Part shown: one piece after another, positions 46,749 to 58,765 of the stretch | Numbering within the stretch: position 1 is the first letter of the stretch | Layout: each line of letters opens with the position of its first letter | Assembly (NCBI GenBank): GCA_965603825.1 | Contig: CBFDEM010000016.1 | Span: 124,001 to 188,000, forward strand | DNA length: 64,000 nt | Origin: Blepharisma stoltei ATCC 30299 | Lineage: Eukaryota; Protista; Ciliophora | Direction of reading: 5' to 3' | Translations under genes and position numbers: made by a program | Notes under the pieces: model-generated | Databases searched by the model: none | Told to the model about the DNA's origin: nothing | What the model saw: only the letters and a program-made list of their open reading frames with translations

Positions 46749-48053
46749 ATGGAGTCTGATAAGAGCTGAGTAGACAAGTATAAAGTCCTTAAAACTTTAG
46801 GCAGAGGTGCAACCTCTAAAGTTAAACTCGTCCAAAACACAGAAACTGGTGAGATGCTGGCTTTAAAGGTTATTCGACCTGATAGGCTTTCCAGCATGGA
46901 AACAGAGCTTGATGTTCTTCAAAATGTTTCTAATCACCCCAACATTATCAAACTACTAGACTATTCTAAATCTGCTGTTTATCACAAAAAGCAAGAGAGA
47001 ACCAAATTCGTTTCTTATATCGCTTTAGAATTAGCTAAAAACGGAGAAATCTTTGATTTTGTGTTTAAATTAGGTGCATTTCCTGAACCTATTTCTAGAT
47101 TTTATTTCAAGTGTTTGCTTTCGGCTGTTGAAGCATTACATAGTGCAGGGGTGGTTCATAGAGACCTTAAACCTGAAAATATTTTTTTGACTGAAAATTT
47201 TGAGCTAAAACTTTCAGATTTTGGATATGCTGGACCTACAAGTGGGAGAGATGGATCAGGGCAGCTTAATACGTTCAAAGGCACGAGACCATATATGGCT
47301 CCAGAAATACTGGAAAGAAAGCCATATCGAGGAATCTCAACTGACTTATTTTCGTGTGGGATTATTTTATTTATTTTTATGCTTGGGAGGCCTCCATTTG
47401 CTAGGGCTGAAAGACAAAACCCTCACTTTGTCCACATTTTCATGAAAAACTGAGAAAGGTTCTGGAAAGTTCATAAAAGTCCGCCTGGGACTCCTGAAAT
47501 TTCTGAAGAATTTCAAAATTTTATTCAAAAAATGTTGTGCTACGACCCAGAAGAAAGAATGAGCTCAGAAGAAATCAAAAATCATCAATGGTTCCAAGGC
47601 CCAACAGCCACATTAGAAGAAGCCAAAGCATTTTTAACCCCCGCAGTCCAAAGTACAGAATCTCCAGAATTATCATCTGAAGGAGAATCTTCATTAGGAT
47701 ATAGATCAATTAGTGACCCAGAAACAAATTTATTGAGACAGACAAGTAGGAGAGTAGTAAATATTGACCAAAGTCTATTAAAGACCACAAAATTCTTTTC
47801 AAATATACACCCTGATGACTTGTTCCAAGCGATTAAATACTTTTTTGAGCTGAAAAATGGGAATGTGAAAATTGATCCGATTAATTATGAAATGAAGGCT
47901 AGGTTTATATACAATGAGCAAGCTATAGAAGTTAATGTGTTTATGACGTTGCAAAATGAAAAACTGCTTGTAGGTCTCTCAAAAATCTCAGGGTATCATT
48001 GGGATTACTATGATGTATATAGGGAACTGCTGCAAGAGGTAGCAAAGCTGTAA
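46749..48053 (+). CDS. CAMK-group Ser/Thr kinase with a possible KA1-like C-terminal domain
   Basis: ATG 46749; TGA=Trp at 46767 and 47451; LGRGATSKV, ALK, HRDLKPEN, DFG, GTRPYMAPE. Confidence 0.92.
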
Positions 48054-48415
48054 TAGAGCAAATTAAATCCAGCTTTTTCTTTGGATTAACCACTATTAGT
48101 AAATTCTATAATTTAAAAAATAGCTAAAAATTATTAAAATAAGTAAATCTAGACTGTCAAAGTGATTAAAATAGATTTTTTCTGATAAGCATTTAGAATT
48201 TGCCAACAAATAACCTACAGCTTACTTTAATTTTCGAGCCATAAAATGAGGAGAAAATTAAATTAGCTTGGCTTAGGGAAAAAATATAGCTCTAAGCTTA
48301 CAGTTATAAGAAGAAACAGCAATATTGAGCCTAAATTTTTAACGCTAAAGTAAAAAATCGTGATATTTATTATATAAAAGCTGAAATATATCAGCTAAAA
48401 TTATTCTGCATAAAT

Positions 48416-48991
48416 ATGAAATCTAGTATCGCGCAAATAGCATCTATTTATGGGCCAGTTGTCAAAAAACAACGACAAAAGCCTACATACCAAATAAATA
48501 AGTCCATCCCGAAAAACGATAACTCGGTCTCAAACATAAGTTTGATACAGAAGAAGCCCATAGTAATTAAAAAAGAAAATTCTCTAAGAACTCTCTCAGT
48601 TATAAAAAGAAGAGATTCTCATTTCAACCTAAGAAGAGATTCCAGATCAGTTGAACCGCTACCACTCATAAAATCAGTGACCCCACTTCCAAGCAAGCAG
48701 CAGAAGCTTTTTTCTGTTGACAGCTCCTTAGATGAAGAATTCAAAAGGCTTGATGGGCTTATACTAAAAAACCATTCAGCCAGAAATGATTTATTACTGA
48801 TTCAAAAACGAATTTTAAGTCTAGGGGTCAACAAATTAATAAAGGATCGAAAATTTTGCGATGGTAATGAAAATATCAGTTTCGAAAGAATTGATGAGTC
48901 TTTAAGAGATCCATGTGTTTTAAAAGTACCAAATTTGGAGCACAGAAGCTCAGAAGTGAAGCTTAAATTGCCTAGTCTTTGCTCGCTATAA
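48416..48991 (+). CDS. Hypothetical basic protein (191 aa)
   Basis: Intact ATG-TAA ORF between AT-rich spacers. Confidence 0.7.
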   Translation: MKSSIAQIASIYGPVVKKQRQKPTYQINKSIPKNDNSVSNISLIQKKPIVIKKENSLRTLSVIKRRDSHFNLRRDSRSVEPLPLIKSVTPLPSKQQKLFSVDSSLDEEFKRLDGLILKNHSARNDLLLIQKRILSLGVNKLIKDRKFCDGNENISFERIDESLRDPCVLKVPNLEHRSSEVKLKLPSLCSL

Positions 48992-49045
48992 ATGCTTATA
49001 TCAGAAAATCAAGCAGCTTTATACCATAATGTAATTATTTAAAGA

Positions 49046-50902
49046 TTATCAAACTGTATTAACTAATGGAAGATTTTGTACAAATCTCTTTAACTTCATA
49101 TAATAAAGTGCAAAATATGCAGGAAACATATCAGCATGATCATATATTTCTGCTCGTGATTTATAAATAATATTCTCATAGTCACTCTCAGCTTTCTCCA
49201 AGCTGATCGAAGTCCCTATTCCAAACTGTCTCATATACGCTATATTAAACGCTGCAGCACCTATATCATCTTCAGCATTCAAATACAGCGTATAAGCACT
49301 TTCAAAATATTCTTTATCAAATGCAATATTCCCCAGCTTATAATATGCATAACTAGACTGGCTTGATATTGCTGCTAAACTATAATAACTAGCTGCACAA
49401 TACATTTTAGGATCTCTGCAACGAAATGGTGATAAACCTGATTCCCACATATAAGCTAAGTTAATAATAGCATTTTCGAATCCTATTGCCCCTGCAAGCA
49501 TATAATTCAGATACGCGCCTAAATAATCCCCATTCCTAAAAAATGAATAAGCTCTTTTCCCATAATGTGCTAGTTTCCCTTTATTTATGACTCTTATATA
49601 AAGATCAATTGCGTCTTCACATGAAGAGTTTACGCCTAGCCCTTGATATATCATATAAGCTTTATTAAATAGCGCTGGAGTGTGGCCTAGCTCTGCTGCT
49701 GTGTCAAATAGCTTGTAAGCTTTTGCAAGGCTTTTTGGTACTCCTGTTCCATGAAGGTAAGCAATTCCAAGGTTGCTCATAGACTCCTTGCTTCCCATTT
49801 CTGCAGCCTTTTCCATGTATTTTATAGCTTTTTCGATATCTTGAGGAATTCCAGCACCATTAAAATAGATATATCCTAGGAGGTTGTAGGCTTGGACTGA
49901 ACCATATGACTTGGCTTCTTCTAAGTATTCTAGTGCTAATGTTGTATTTTTTTCAGTTCCGATTCCTTGGATGTGTAATAGTCCTAAATTTTCTAAAGCC
50001 CTAACGTTTCCATTTTCTGCAGCGATTTCATAGTATCGCATTGCTTGGTCTGGGTTTCTTTCGACCCCAGCTTCTTGGTTGCCAAATAAATAGTTCTCAG
50101 CTAGATGCATTGCTCCGTCACCTCCTGTATGCTCTGCTTGCATTGTGGCTAGGTTTAAGATTTTTTCTGCTTCATGATCGTCATAGCTTTCGTTAATTTC
50201 TTCTAATATTACCAAGTCTTGCTCGTCAGTCCCAACCTTAGCAATATATTTCATGGTATCTTCAGCTACACTGTAAGCGTAAATTGCATATTCATTACAA
50301 TCTAATGGGCAAGCTTCAGAAACAAAAGGGACCTGAATGAACTCTACTTGAGAAATATTTACGACTAAATCAATAAATTCCGGGTTTAGATTCCTGCAAG
50401 TCTTAAAGGCACTTGCAGAAGCCGCCCTTAGCAGAATTGAGTCGAAATCGCCTGCTTTTTCATAGGTTTCTTGTACGTTGTGGAAAGTAAAAGAGTATAA
50501 GTATTCTTCAAAATCACTGACGATTTTATCTTGCTGGTATAATAAGGATAAATAAAAAAGAGCATCAGTGTCTCCATAATTTCCAGCCTGAGTAAAATAG
50601 CTTATTGCTTTTGGAATATCGTGCTTAAAATGGCCTTGCTCATCAATAAACTCAGAGTTGAAGCTTGGGTTATCAGGGGATATCGGGAAGCCAAATAAAT
50701 ATAATTCACCTAGCCTGGTTAACGCTTCTACAACTCCTAATTCTAAGGATTTTTCTAGAGTTTGCTTAAGATATAAAATATCAAGAGTGTGCGAGTTGTA
50801 GTCTTTGATCATCTCCTCAGCTATTTCATATAGATATCTTCCTTCTTCTGATCCATAAGCGGAGAATTTAAAGATAATCAAATATATCAATAAAAAATTC
50901 AT
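49046..50902 (-). CDS. SEL1L: SEL1L/Hrd3-like Sel1-repeat ERAD protein
   Basis: Signal peptide, many LG-x-Y-x-x-G-x-G Sel1 repeats, G-V-x-x-SC-x-x-A and AIINLAYM motifs; ends TGA-TAA. Confidence 0.82.
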
Positions 50903-51040
50903 AATTTTATTAAAGTACAAAAAATTAAAATGCCATTATTATTTTTAAATTTTAATAGAAGCAGTTATAATTATCAAATTGATAGAAAAAGTTGACATCA
51001 GAAAATATATTGATAGTTGATATTATTAATTATATATTAA

Positions 51041-51904
51041 TTAGTAGTCATGATCAGTGTCACCCAATAGGGTATTGCAATTATTGTCATCAATTGAAGG
51101 ATTAGTGAAATGCATATAATATGTGTCTTCAACCAAGTATTTTCCACATGCATAACAGAATGCATGAGAGCCTTGGCAGAAGGTCGAATAGCATACCATA
51201 AAATTGCAGCCTTCTGTCCTTTCAACAGCAACACCGCACGTGGGACATCTTTTTCAATATCTTGATCTTAATAATGAGTCCATTTGTGTATCCTTATTTT
51301 CAGCTGCATATTCTTCACAAGTTTGCATAGGATGAGTCCCTGATTTGCATAAAACACATATCGTTGCCATACATTCAGTGCAAGCAGAGATTGGCTGCTC
51401 TGGAATTATATGGGCGTATCCTGGGCAATCAGTTACTGGGCACAAAATGGCTACTCCGGACGCTACTATTTTATTAACTTTATGCTTCTCAAATAGATAC
51501 TTATATCGAGAATAAGCTTCTTCTGGAAGAATCTGGAAAATATCGTCAGATATAGGCCGCTTGCAGTCAGGGCAGGTTGCGAATTCTTCAGATACGTTTC
51601 CTGACTCTATGTAATATAAAAGGAGCATATTGACACAATTGTTGCAAAATTGATGAGCGCAATCAAAAGCAATAATATCTTCTTCGTCATTCATGCAGAT
51701 TTTACAGTATTTTTTTATAATTGGAGCCTTCTCTGGCTCTTTATTTTCATTTGAAGTAATAAGTGGGGCTACTGTGATTTCTGTGTCCGGCTGTTTTTCT
51801 TTAGCGTCCTCAATTGCTGGATTTTGAATGGCAACAGTATGGATTTTAAGTAATTCGGCAAATATTTCAGCATCAACGCTGGGTCTTCTTCTTTGAATTT
51901 CCAT
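51041..51904 (-). CDS. RBR (RING1-IBR-RING2) E3 ubiquitin ligase
   Basis: CKIC...CAHQFC...CPDC; CPVTDC...CTEC...CVLC...H...C; after TGA 51254, KRCPTC...ERTEGCNFMVC...FCYAC. Confidence 0.92.
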
Positions 51905-52215
51905 TTATCAGATTACCTCAGATCAAGTGTGCCAATAATAAGGGTTAAATGGCCAATAGAAAATAGAGAATTTAAATAATACTGATTTGAATAAACTCAT
52001 AGCAAATGCACGTTTAATCAAATTTTTATGATGATCACCATAAAACTCAATAAAACATTATCAAATTGCAATATAGAAATAGAATAATCATATGAGCTTG
52101 ATTAATTTTCAAAAAACAGTATATTTTTTATGGCGGTATCTTCAAAGGTGTTTATATTGCTTGAATCCATTTTTATGAATATTTATTGAAAAAATAATCA
52201 AAGAATTTTAAATTA

Positions 52216-53505
52216 ATGAACAAAGTATCTGACGAATCTAAACAAAAACCATTAACAAAGCCGCTTATTTCTTGCAGACTTCCAAAAGCATTTTCTCAAG
52301 CGTCTCATATACTAAAGAAAAAGTCATATGAAGATATAGAAGGAATCGAAGAGCACAAAAAATTAAAAAAATTACTCTCACCAATCAAGCTCGGTCCAAA
52401 AGAGCACTCAAGCTTGACAAAAGCTTTAAAAAAGCTAGAAAAAATCCCAATTAACTATGACGATAAATCCTTTGAACTTTTTCTAAAGAAAAGTAGCAAA
52501 AGAAAAACAATCCTCCCTCATTGTCAAGTTCAGCTTGAAGAAATGATAACACTTAGCCATTATCCTTCTCAATCTCTCAAAGGTAGCATTAAAAAAGTTC
52601 TTCATGCCCCTACATTGGCACTTTTCACAGTTAAACAGATGCCCATTAGCACTGTTGAAGAAAGAACAAAACTGAAAGACTGGATTGGACAATGACAGAA
52701 TTTCCAAAAAAAGTGTAAATTTCTTGTGAATGTGAGTGCAAGTTTTTGAAACTCGCCAGAAGGGTGCGTAAGTGTTATTGCTGACCACATGCATGGAGGA
52801 AGCCTCTCAAACCTTTTGCATACGCTTGGAGCAATTCCTGAAAAACCTCTTGCATATATAGCAAAAAAAGTTTTAAAAGGATTGGCGTTTTTTCATTGTA
52901 AAAACGAAATATATGGAGGGATTTCTCCTACCCAGATTTTATTTTCAAGAAATGGGCATGTGAAATTGAGCCTTGGCTTGACAAAAAGGAGATCAAATCA
53001 AGTTATGTCTATCCCTAATGATATTTATGCTTTAGGGCAATTATTATTAACATGTTTGTGTGGGGGTATCACTATAACTGAAGATACATCGCCTCAGGAA
53101 TGCTGCTTGATGCACTCATTAGGCTCAGATCCATTTATTGATAGGCTTTCAAGTAAGGCTAAAAGCTTTTTGTGCCTTTGCTTGCAGCATACTGCAAGCA
53201 GGCGGCCTTCTGCTGTAAGTTTACTGGAGCATGAATGGCTTAATTTGTCGGACTATCCAGGGCCGCTTGTTGACTTGCCTGAATTAATAAGTTTGAACTT
53301 TCCTTATAGCGCTGGTGAATGCTGTAAGGCTGCAGAAGACCACTTGTCTAGAATTTGTGAAGCAATCAAGCTAGTTTTGATGGGTCAAGCTATAAGCAAG
53401 CCTTCAGAATCAATGATGTCAAAGCTGGCATTGGATCTAGGCTTGCCAATTGAATCTGTTGAAGACAAAATACATAAAGTTTATAATGACTCTTTGTTGT
53501 GCTAA
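52216..53505 (+). CDS. MAP2K/STE7-like pseudokinase
   Basis: Two TGA=Trp join the ORFs. KVLHAPT...TVKQM, MHGGSL, IPEKPLAYIAKKVLKGL, DIYALG and RRPSAVSLLEHEWL are present; HRD, DFG and APE are not. Confidence 0.8.
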
Positions 53506-53904
53506 ATTTAATCATAATCAAATTTCACTCAAAGGTTGTGAATAATTAATATATAAGTGCTAAGCATATTTTTAGTCATTAACTTGGACTATATCATATT
53601 TAAATAAAAGTGTATTGCAATTTATCAAAGCTTACCCATTTTTTGCTTTAACTTAAAGCAGTTTCGTTCATGAGTGAATATTTTAAGCACAAAATTTTCT
53701 ATATCGTTAATAACTGCTTCTCCTACTCTAGATATTAAAACTTCTGAAAATCCAGCTTCTTTTATAATAACTATATATAAAAAACTAAAATTTGCTTAAT
53801 TTTCATTTATTGTCTATACAATACATCAATTTAGCATTCCTGGTGCAAAAAATAATCACTACAAAGCGTAATATTCCATTTTAATGGAAAATTATTTTTA
53901 AATA

Positions 53905-54207
53905 ATGGGCTGTGTTCACCACAAAATGAGAATTCAAATCACCCAAGGCGACGATAAGCATATGCCTTCAAAAAGAATTCCTTCAGTTTCTCCTAAACTA
54001 GTAGTATCCAGTGAGCGAAAATGGAGTCTATTTGCAATAAGCGAAGCTTCATCATGCCTTGAAGAATCCAGGGTAAGAAGATTTAGCAAGCTATCAAGAA
54101 AAAATGATTGCAAGCAGCCAACAGCGGATTCTAGAAGACTCAGCTTATTAAGTATAGATGAGTCTTGAAATCTTTCTTCAACATACAGACCTGAATGTGA
54201 CTGCTAG
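53905..54207 (+). CDS. Small hypothetical protein (100 aa) with MGC N-terminus and CxC C-terminus
   Basis: TGA 54166 read as Trp gives ...RPECDC-TAG. Confidence 0.62.
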
Positions 54208-54404
54208 CTTTAAATGAAAATATATATATAAGTTAATAATTATCTCTATGCCTTTAAGACGAGTAAATTAGATGTAACCTATAAAACCAATTAACAAACG
54301 AATATGAACTAAGCTAATGAATCAAGCATTAAAGAAACATTTCTGATCAAAATTTTAATATTTTGCTAAATATATCAAAACAAGTAAAATTTTGGAATTT
54401 ATCG

Positions 54405-55925
54405 TTATTTAGCAATAGAGACACTACTCCTTAAATCCAGCCTACTGATTGACTGAATCTGGCTTCTGCTTTCCCTCCAATGATTAGTAAGTTCATGGGC
54501 CATTTCGTCCCTTTTCAGAATTCATGCCCTTTCTTCAACTCCGAGTCTCATGACTATAGGATCGATTTTTTCAAAAAATATGCTGAATTTAACATTGCTG
54601 ACCCCTGCTTTTATCATAGCAAGTCTTGCAACTTCTGCAGTTTTTTCATCAAGAGCAGCTCAATCAGCATTTTCAATAGAAATAACTCCATCCTCATCAG
54701 CATCTAATCGTGAAAAAATCTTCATATATCGTTTTAACTTAAAGTCTTGGTAAATTTTGTCTGTTATTTCTGTTGTTTTTGGGACTTCTGTTAAGCTTCT
54801 TCAATGTTCAGGCTCTTTTGTGCTTAAATTAGCTGACTCTCTGCCTAAAATATATAAGTGTTCCCAAACTTGTTTTGGCCTTGGAGACTCTGGGCTTCTG
54901 CCAGTTATAGGTCTAAACAGTGGTTGGCCCGTTTTTTCATCCACCAAGCTTTCTTTTTTCCTTCTTGCTTCGTCCATTAGCCGATTGAACCTTTCTTTAG
55001 AATAAAGCAGTCTTTGTATGCACGCTTCCCTAGTTTTATCATCTAAATTCTGCTGCTTGGCAACTAGTGTCGGTTTAAAAGGAAATGCATCCGCGTTTTC
55101 TAACAATTTTAGTAGCTTATCTTCCTTCACCTTTGCATTATCAAATAGTCGTTCAAATCTTGGGCTAGGCTGATTCTTATACTGGTCAATTAAAGAGCTC
55201 AAAGGGTCGATGCTTGGTGAAAACGTGCATTCTCTCATCATTTCTTGCACCTTATGATTAGCTAAGTCACAAATATTTTCTCTTTTCTGGACTATACTTT
55301 TGATCAATATATCTTCAGTTTTATGTAAAACTCTAGGAGAAACTAAGTTTGAGCTTTCATTGATCACGGGCTTAAAAGTCAATTCTTTGTCAGCTTTTTC
55401 TTGTGATTGCATTTTTTTGGCTAAGCTTTTCCTTCAACTGACCTGCTTTTGGATTTTTCCTTGCTCATATAAGGCTATGCAATGATTCACGGGTGGAGCA
55501 CTCGCGTATGATAATGTGCGTGGACTGTTTTTAACATTAGAGGATCTGGAGATTGGCTTTCTTTCAGAGTAAAGACGTTTGAAGACTTCTTCTTCAGCTT
55601 TTTCCCTATTGAAAACTGTCTGTTTTTGAGTAATTGTAGGTGAAGAACTTTCCTCTTCTTCAGCGTGATGCTCGGTTATTTGGACGAAGCTTTGCTTGGC
55701 TTCTTCTGAAATTGAGCTTTTCGAGGATGAGGTGCCCATCATTATATCTTTGTTTTGTTTAATTAATCTTGCTAGTGATTTTTCTAATTCTTTTTCTAAG
55801 CCGTGCTTAAATGCGAAAGCCTTTGCAAGCTCTTCAGGGCTATCGCTGGCACTAATACTGATTATTCCAGTTTCCCCGTCACCTATATCAACTGTCATTG
55901 TGATTTTTGAGTTCTCTTCCTCCAT
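54405..55925 (-). CDS. Protein with N-terminal PFU-like domain, TF(K/S)P repeats and an EF hand (506 aa)
   Basis: Four TGA=Trp; PEELAKAFAFKHGL; LTFKPVIN, CTFSPSI, FPFKPTL, LFRPIT; LDADEDGVIS. Confidence 0.78.
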
Positions 55926-56003
55926 TTGATTTAAAAATACTTATAAATTTGTATAATTTTTTTATAACATTTAAAAGCGCTTAAAATTTAATCTAATTTT
56001 ATT

Positions 56004-58589
56004 TTAAAGGTCAACTTTTTTCCCTTCATCTGAATTTTCCTGCTTAGGTTTTTCAGCGGACTCTTCAGTTTGTTTTTGCTCTCGATCTTCAATTATTTCT
56101 TCCTTAGGCTCTTCTTGTACCTTCTCCTCCTCTGTATCTACTTCTGCTTGATCACCATTTTCAACTTCTCCTTCGTTTTCATCCAAAATTTCTACATCTC
56201 CTTCTTCACTCTCACCCTCACCCTCTTCCTCATCATCTCCTTCAGGCAAATCAGGCTCTGCCAAAGGTTCTGTTGGTGAAACCTGCATCTTTTTGTTCAT
56301 CATCCTATAAATCCTGCTGGAAAAATCAGGATCTTCATTAAGAGCAAAGCCAGATGCCAACAAGCCTGTGTAGTAGTACATCCAGCAGTAGTCTCTTAAT
56401 TGTTGGGTGCTTGGGTCATCTTCTACCAATTCAAGCATCTTTTTGATTGCTGGATGTGCTGGGTTGATTTCCATAATTTTCCTAGGGACATAATGGTCAG
56501 GGATTTTTTGCTGATTTGAATAGGCTTGAGATTTGGCAATCCTATACATATTGGCAGTATACCCTGATTCCTGGCTTACAATGACGACTGGATCTGTAGT
56601 AAGTCTTCTGCTAAGTGTCACTTTGTCAACTTCTCTGCCAAGTTGAGACTTCCACCAATCAGTAAGTGGCTTGAACAACTCTTTAAGCTTTTGTTCCTTT
56701 TTTTCTTCGTATTCAGTCATGACTCCAAGGTCAAGTTCTCCTTTTGCCAGATTTTTGACCTTTTTTTCGTCAAAATCTTTGATATAGCTGAACGCGAACT
56801 CGTCGAGAGGGTCATCAAGCAAAATAACTTCATAGCCCATTTTCACGAGCTTTTGGATATGAGGAGCCTTTTTGAGAGCTTCTAAATCTTCTCCTGCAAG
56901 ATAATAAATGAATTCTTGGGTGGACGGCATTCTTTCCACATACTCTGCAAAAGAGGTAAGATCTTTTTCATCTCCACTTGTAGCAGTGCTTTGGAATCTT
57001 AATAGTTTTACCAGCTTATTTCTGTTACTTGCATCTTCAATAACTCCTGTTTTAATTGCTTTCGAAAAGTTTTTCCAGAACTCTGCATATCTTTCTTTTC
57101 CTTTTTTAAGGCTCCATCTGAGTAAAATCTGGTATTCTTCGTCCATTTCTTTTTTGAGGTCTTCATCTTCTCCTGTATATTTCCAATCTTCTTCATTAGG
57201 CCTTTCTGCTTTCCATTCATCTTTATCATTGGCTAAGTCTAATAAAGTGTCAAGGACCTTTTTGACGATTTTGTTGTTCATGATTTTGAAGATTCTTTGC
57301 TGCTGCAGGGTTTCTCTGGAGACGTTGAGAGGCATATCGTCAGAATGAATAACTCCTTTTAAGAAATTCAAGTATTTTGGAATTAAGTCTTCAGGGCCTT
57401 CAGTGATTAGAACTCTTCGGACGTAGAGTCTCAGTCCTGATTTAGTTTTGGTGACTTCTTCGTACATGTCAACTGGAGGATTGTCAGGGACGAAAATAAT
57501 AGCTCTGAAGTCAACTTCTCCTTCCCCATGGAAATGAGTAAAATAGAGAGGCTCTGAGCCGTCTTTTTTGAGTGTTTGGTACAACTTGACGTAGTCTTTG
57601 ATTTTATTTTCTTTAGGCTCATTCAGCCATATTGCTTTTTTGGTATTGACCTGTTCCCATAGCCATTCAGTAGTCTTCTCACTCTTAGTTCTTTTCATTT
57701 CTTCTTCAGTAAGAGTCGGCTCTTCTATTTCATCAGGGACTTCTTCTCCATTCGCAATTTTTTCTTCTCTTTCTTTTAATAAAGCAGCTCTTTTTTCTTC
57801 CAATTTTTTGGCTTCTTTTGCTTCTTCTTCCTTTATTTCTTCTTCATTCATAGGCACATTAATATACTTGTCTTTTTCTAAATACAAATAAATTGGGTAA
57901 TCTATGAACTCTGAGTAGCTTTTAATTGTGTCTTGGATAGTCTTTTTATCTAAAAATTCTTCAGCGTCTTGTTTAAGCTTCAGAATCACTTCAGTTCCTC
58001 TGCCTAAAGTGTTTCCTCTGGGGTCTTTTTTAACAGTAAACTGAGGTCCTGCAGAAGAGGTCCAAATGTATTGGTCATCATCGTCATGCTTACTAACGAC
58101 TGTAACTTTGTCGGCGGCTAAAAAGCTGCTGTAAAACCCAACACCGAATTGGCCAATTAGATTAATGCTGCCACCTTTGGCGATGGCTTCTAAGAATTGT
58201 GTGGTTCCAGATCTTGCGACTGTTCCTAGTTTTTCAACTAAATCGGTTTTGGTCATTCCAATTCCTTTGTCTGAAATAGTGAGGGTTTTTTTGGCAGGAT
58301 CGTAAGAAATGCGGATTTCTAAGTCGCCGTAGTCTTTTTCTGGGTTCATTAGAGCGAGAAATCTGACTTTGTCCATTGCGTCGGATGCGTTAGAAATGAG
58401 CTCTCTTAAGAAGACTTCTTTATTGATATAAAGAGAGTTTATAATGATATCCATGAGACTTGCGACTTCTGCTTGGAACTCGTATTTCTCAGAAGTCTCT
58501 TCGAGAGTTGTTAATTCATGATCTTTTGATACTTCTTCTTGTCCGTGGGCTGCCAAGAATAGTAGAAATGCTAAGTATCCTAAAGACAT
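56004..58589 (-). CDS. HSP90B1: Endoplasmin / GRP94 (ER HSP90)
   Basis: Signal peptide, FLRELISNASDA, LIGQFGVGFYS, PLNVSRETLQQ, MEINP, C-terminal KVDL. Confidence 0.97.
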   Translation of the reverse strand: MSLGYLAFLLFLAAHGQEEVSKDHELTTLEETSEKYEFQAEVASLMDIIINSLYINKEVFLRELISNASDAMDKVRFLALMNPEKDYGDLEIRISYDPAKKTLTISDKGIGMTKTDLVEKLGTVARSGTTQFLEAIAKGGSINLIGQFGVGFYSSFLAADKVTVVSKHDDDDQYIWTSSAGPQFTVKKDPRGNTLGRGTEVILKLKQDAEEFLDKKTIQDTIKSYSEFIDYPIYLYLEKDKYINVPMNEEEIKEEEAKEAKKLEEKRAALLKEREEKIANGEEVPDEIEEPTLTEEEMKRTKSEKTTEWLWEQVNTKKAIWLNEPKENKIKDYVKLYQTLKKDGSEPLYFTHFHGEGEVDFRAIIFVPDNPPVDMYEEVTKTKSGLRLYVRRVLITEGPEDLIPKYLNFLKGVIHSDDMPLNVSRETLQQQRIFKIMNNKIVKKVLDTLLDLANDKDEWKAERPNEEDWKYTGEDEDLKKEMDEEYQILLRWSLKKGKERYAEFWKNFSKAIKTGVIEDASNRNKLVKLLRFQSTATSGDEKDLTSFAEYVERMPSTQEFIYYLAGEDLEALKKAPHIQKLVKMGYEVILLDDPLDEFAFSYIKDFDEKKVKNLAKGELDLGVMTEYEEKKEQKLKELFKPLTDWWKSQLGREVDKVTLSRRLTTDPVVIVSQESGYTANMYRIAKSQAYSNQQKIPDHYVPRKIMEINPAHPAIKKMLELVEDDPSTQQLRDYCWMYYYTGLLASGFALNEDPDFSSRIYRMMNKKMQVSPTEPLAEPDLPEGDDEEEGEGESEEGDVEILDENEGEVENGDQAEVDTEEEKVQEEPKEEIIEDREQKQTEESAEKPKQENSDEGKKVDL

Positions 58590-58765
58590 ATTTATACACG
58601 TGTTAAAAAAGCAATTTAGGAAATTTAAAGAAAAAGCATTAATTTTTCTCTATTAAGGAATCTGATAAATTTAGCAAACTGGATTGTCCAAAAAAAGACA
58701 TTAAATAATAAACATCCTCATCTGTAAAACTATAATTCTCAAAATCTAAAACTATTAAAATTTAA

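Noticed and set aside
313-54404. tRNA, rRNA, CRISPR arrays, telomeric repeats, transposon TIRs or IESs in the AT-rich spacers
   Set aside because: No cloverleaf boxes, repeat-spacer arrays, tandem telomere units or inverted termini were visible by eye; small ncRNAs cannot be excluded without a covariance-model search.
42158-58589. PDIA6, SEL1L and GRP94 as an ER quality-control gene cluster
   Set aside because: They are separated by many unrelated genes and I saw no shared upstream motif; chance is sufficient without synteny data.
58596-58603. Palindrome ACACGTGT just upstream of GRP94 as an ER-stress element
   Set aside because: Single occurrence, probably inside the 5' UTR, with no CCAAT-N9-CCACG arrangement.
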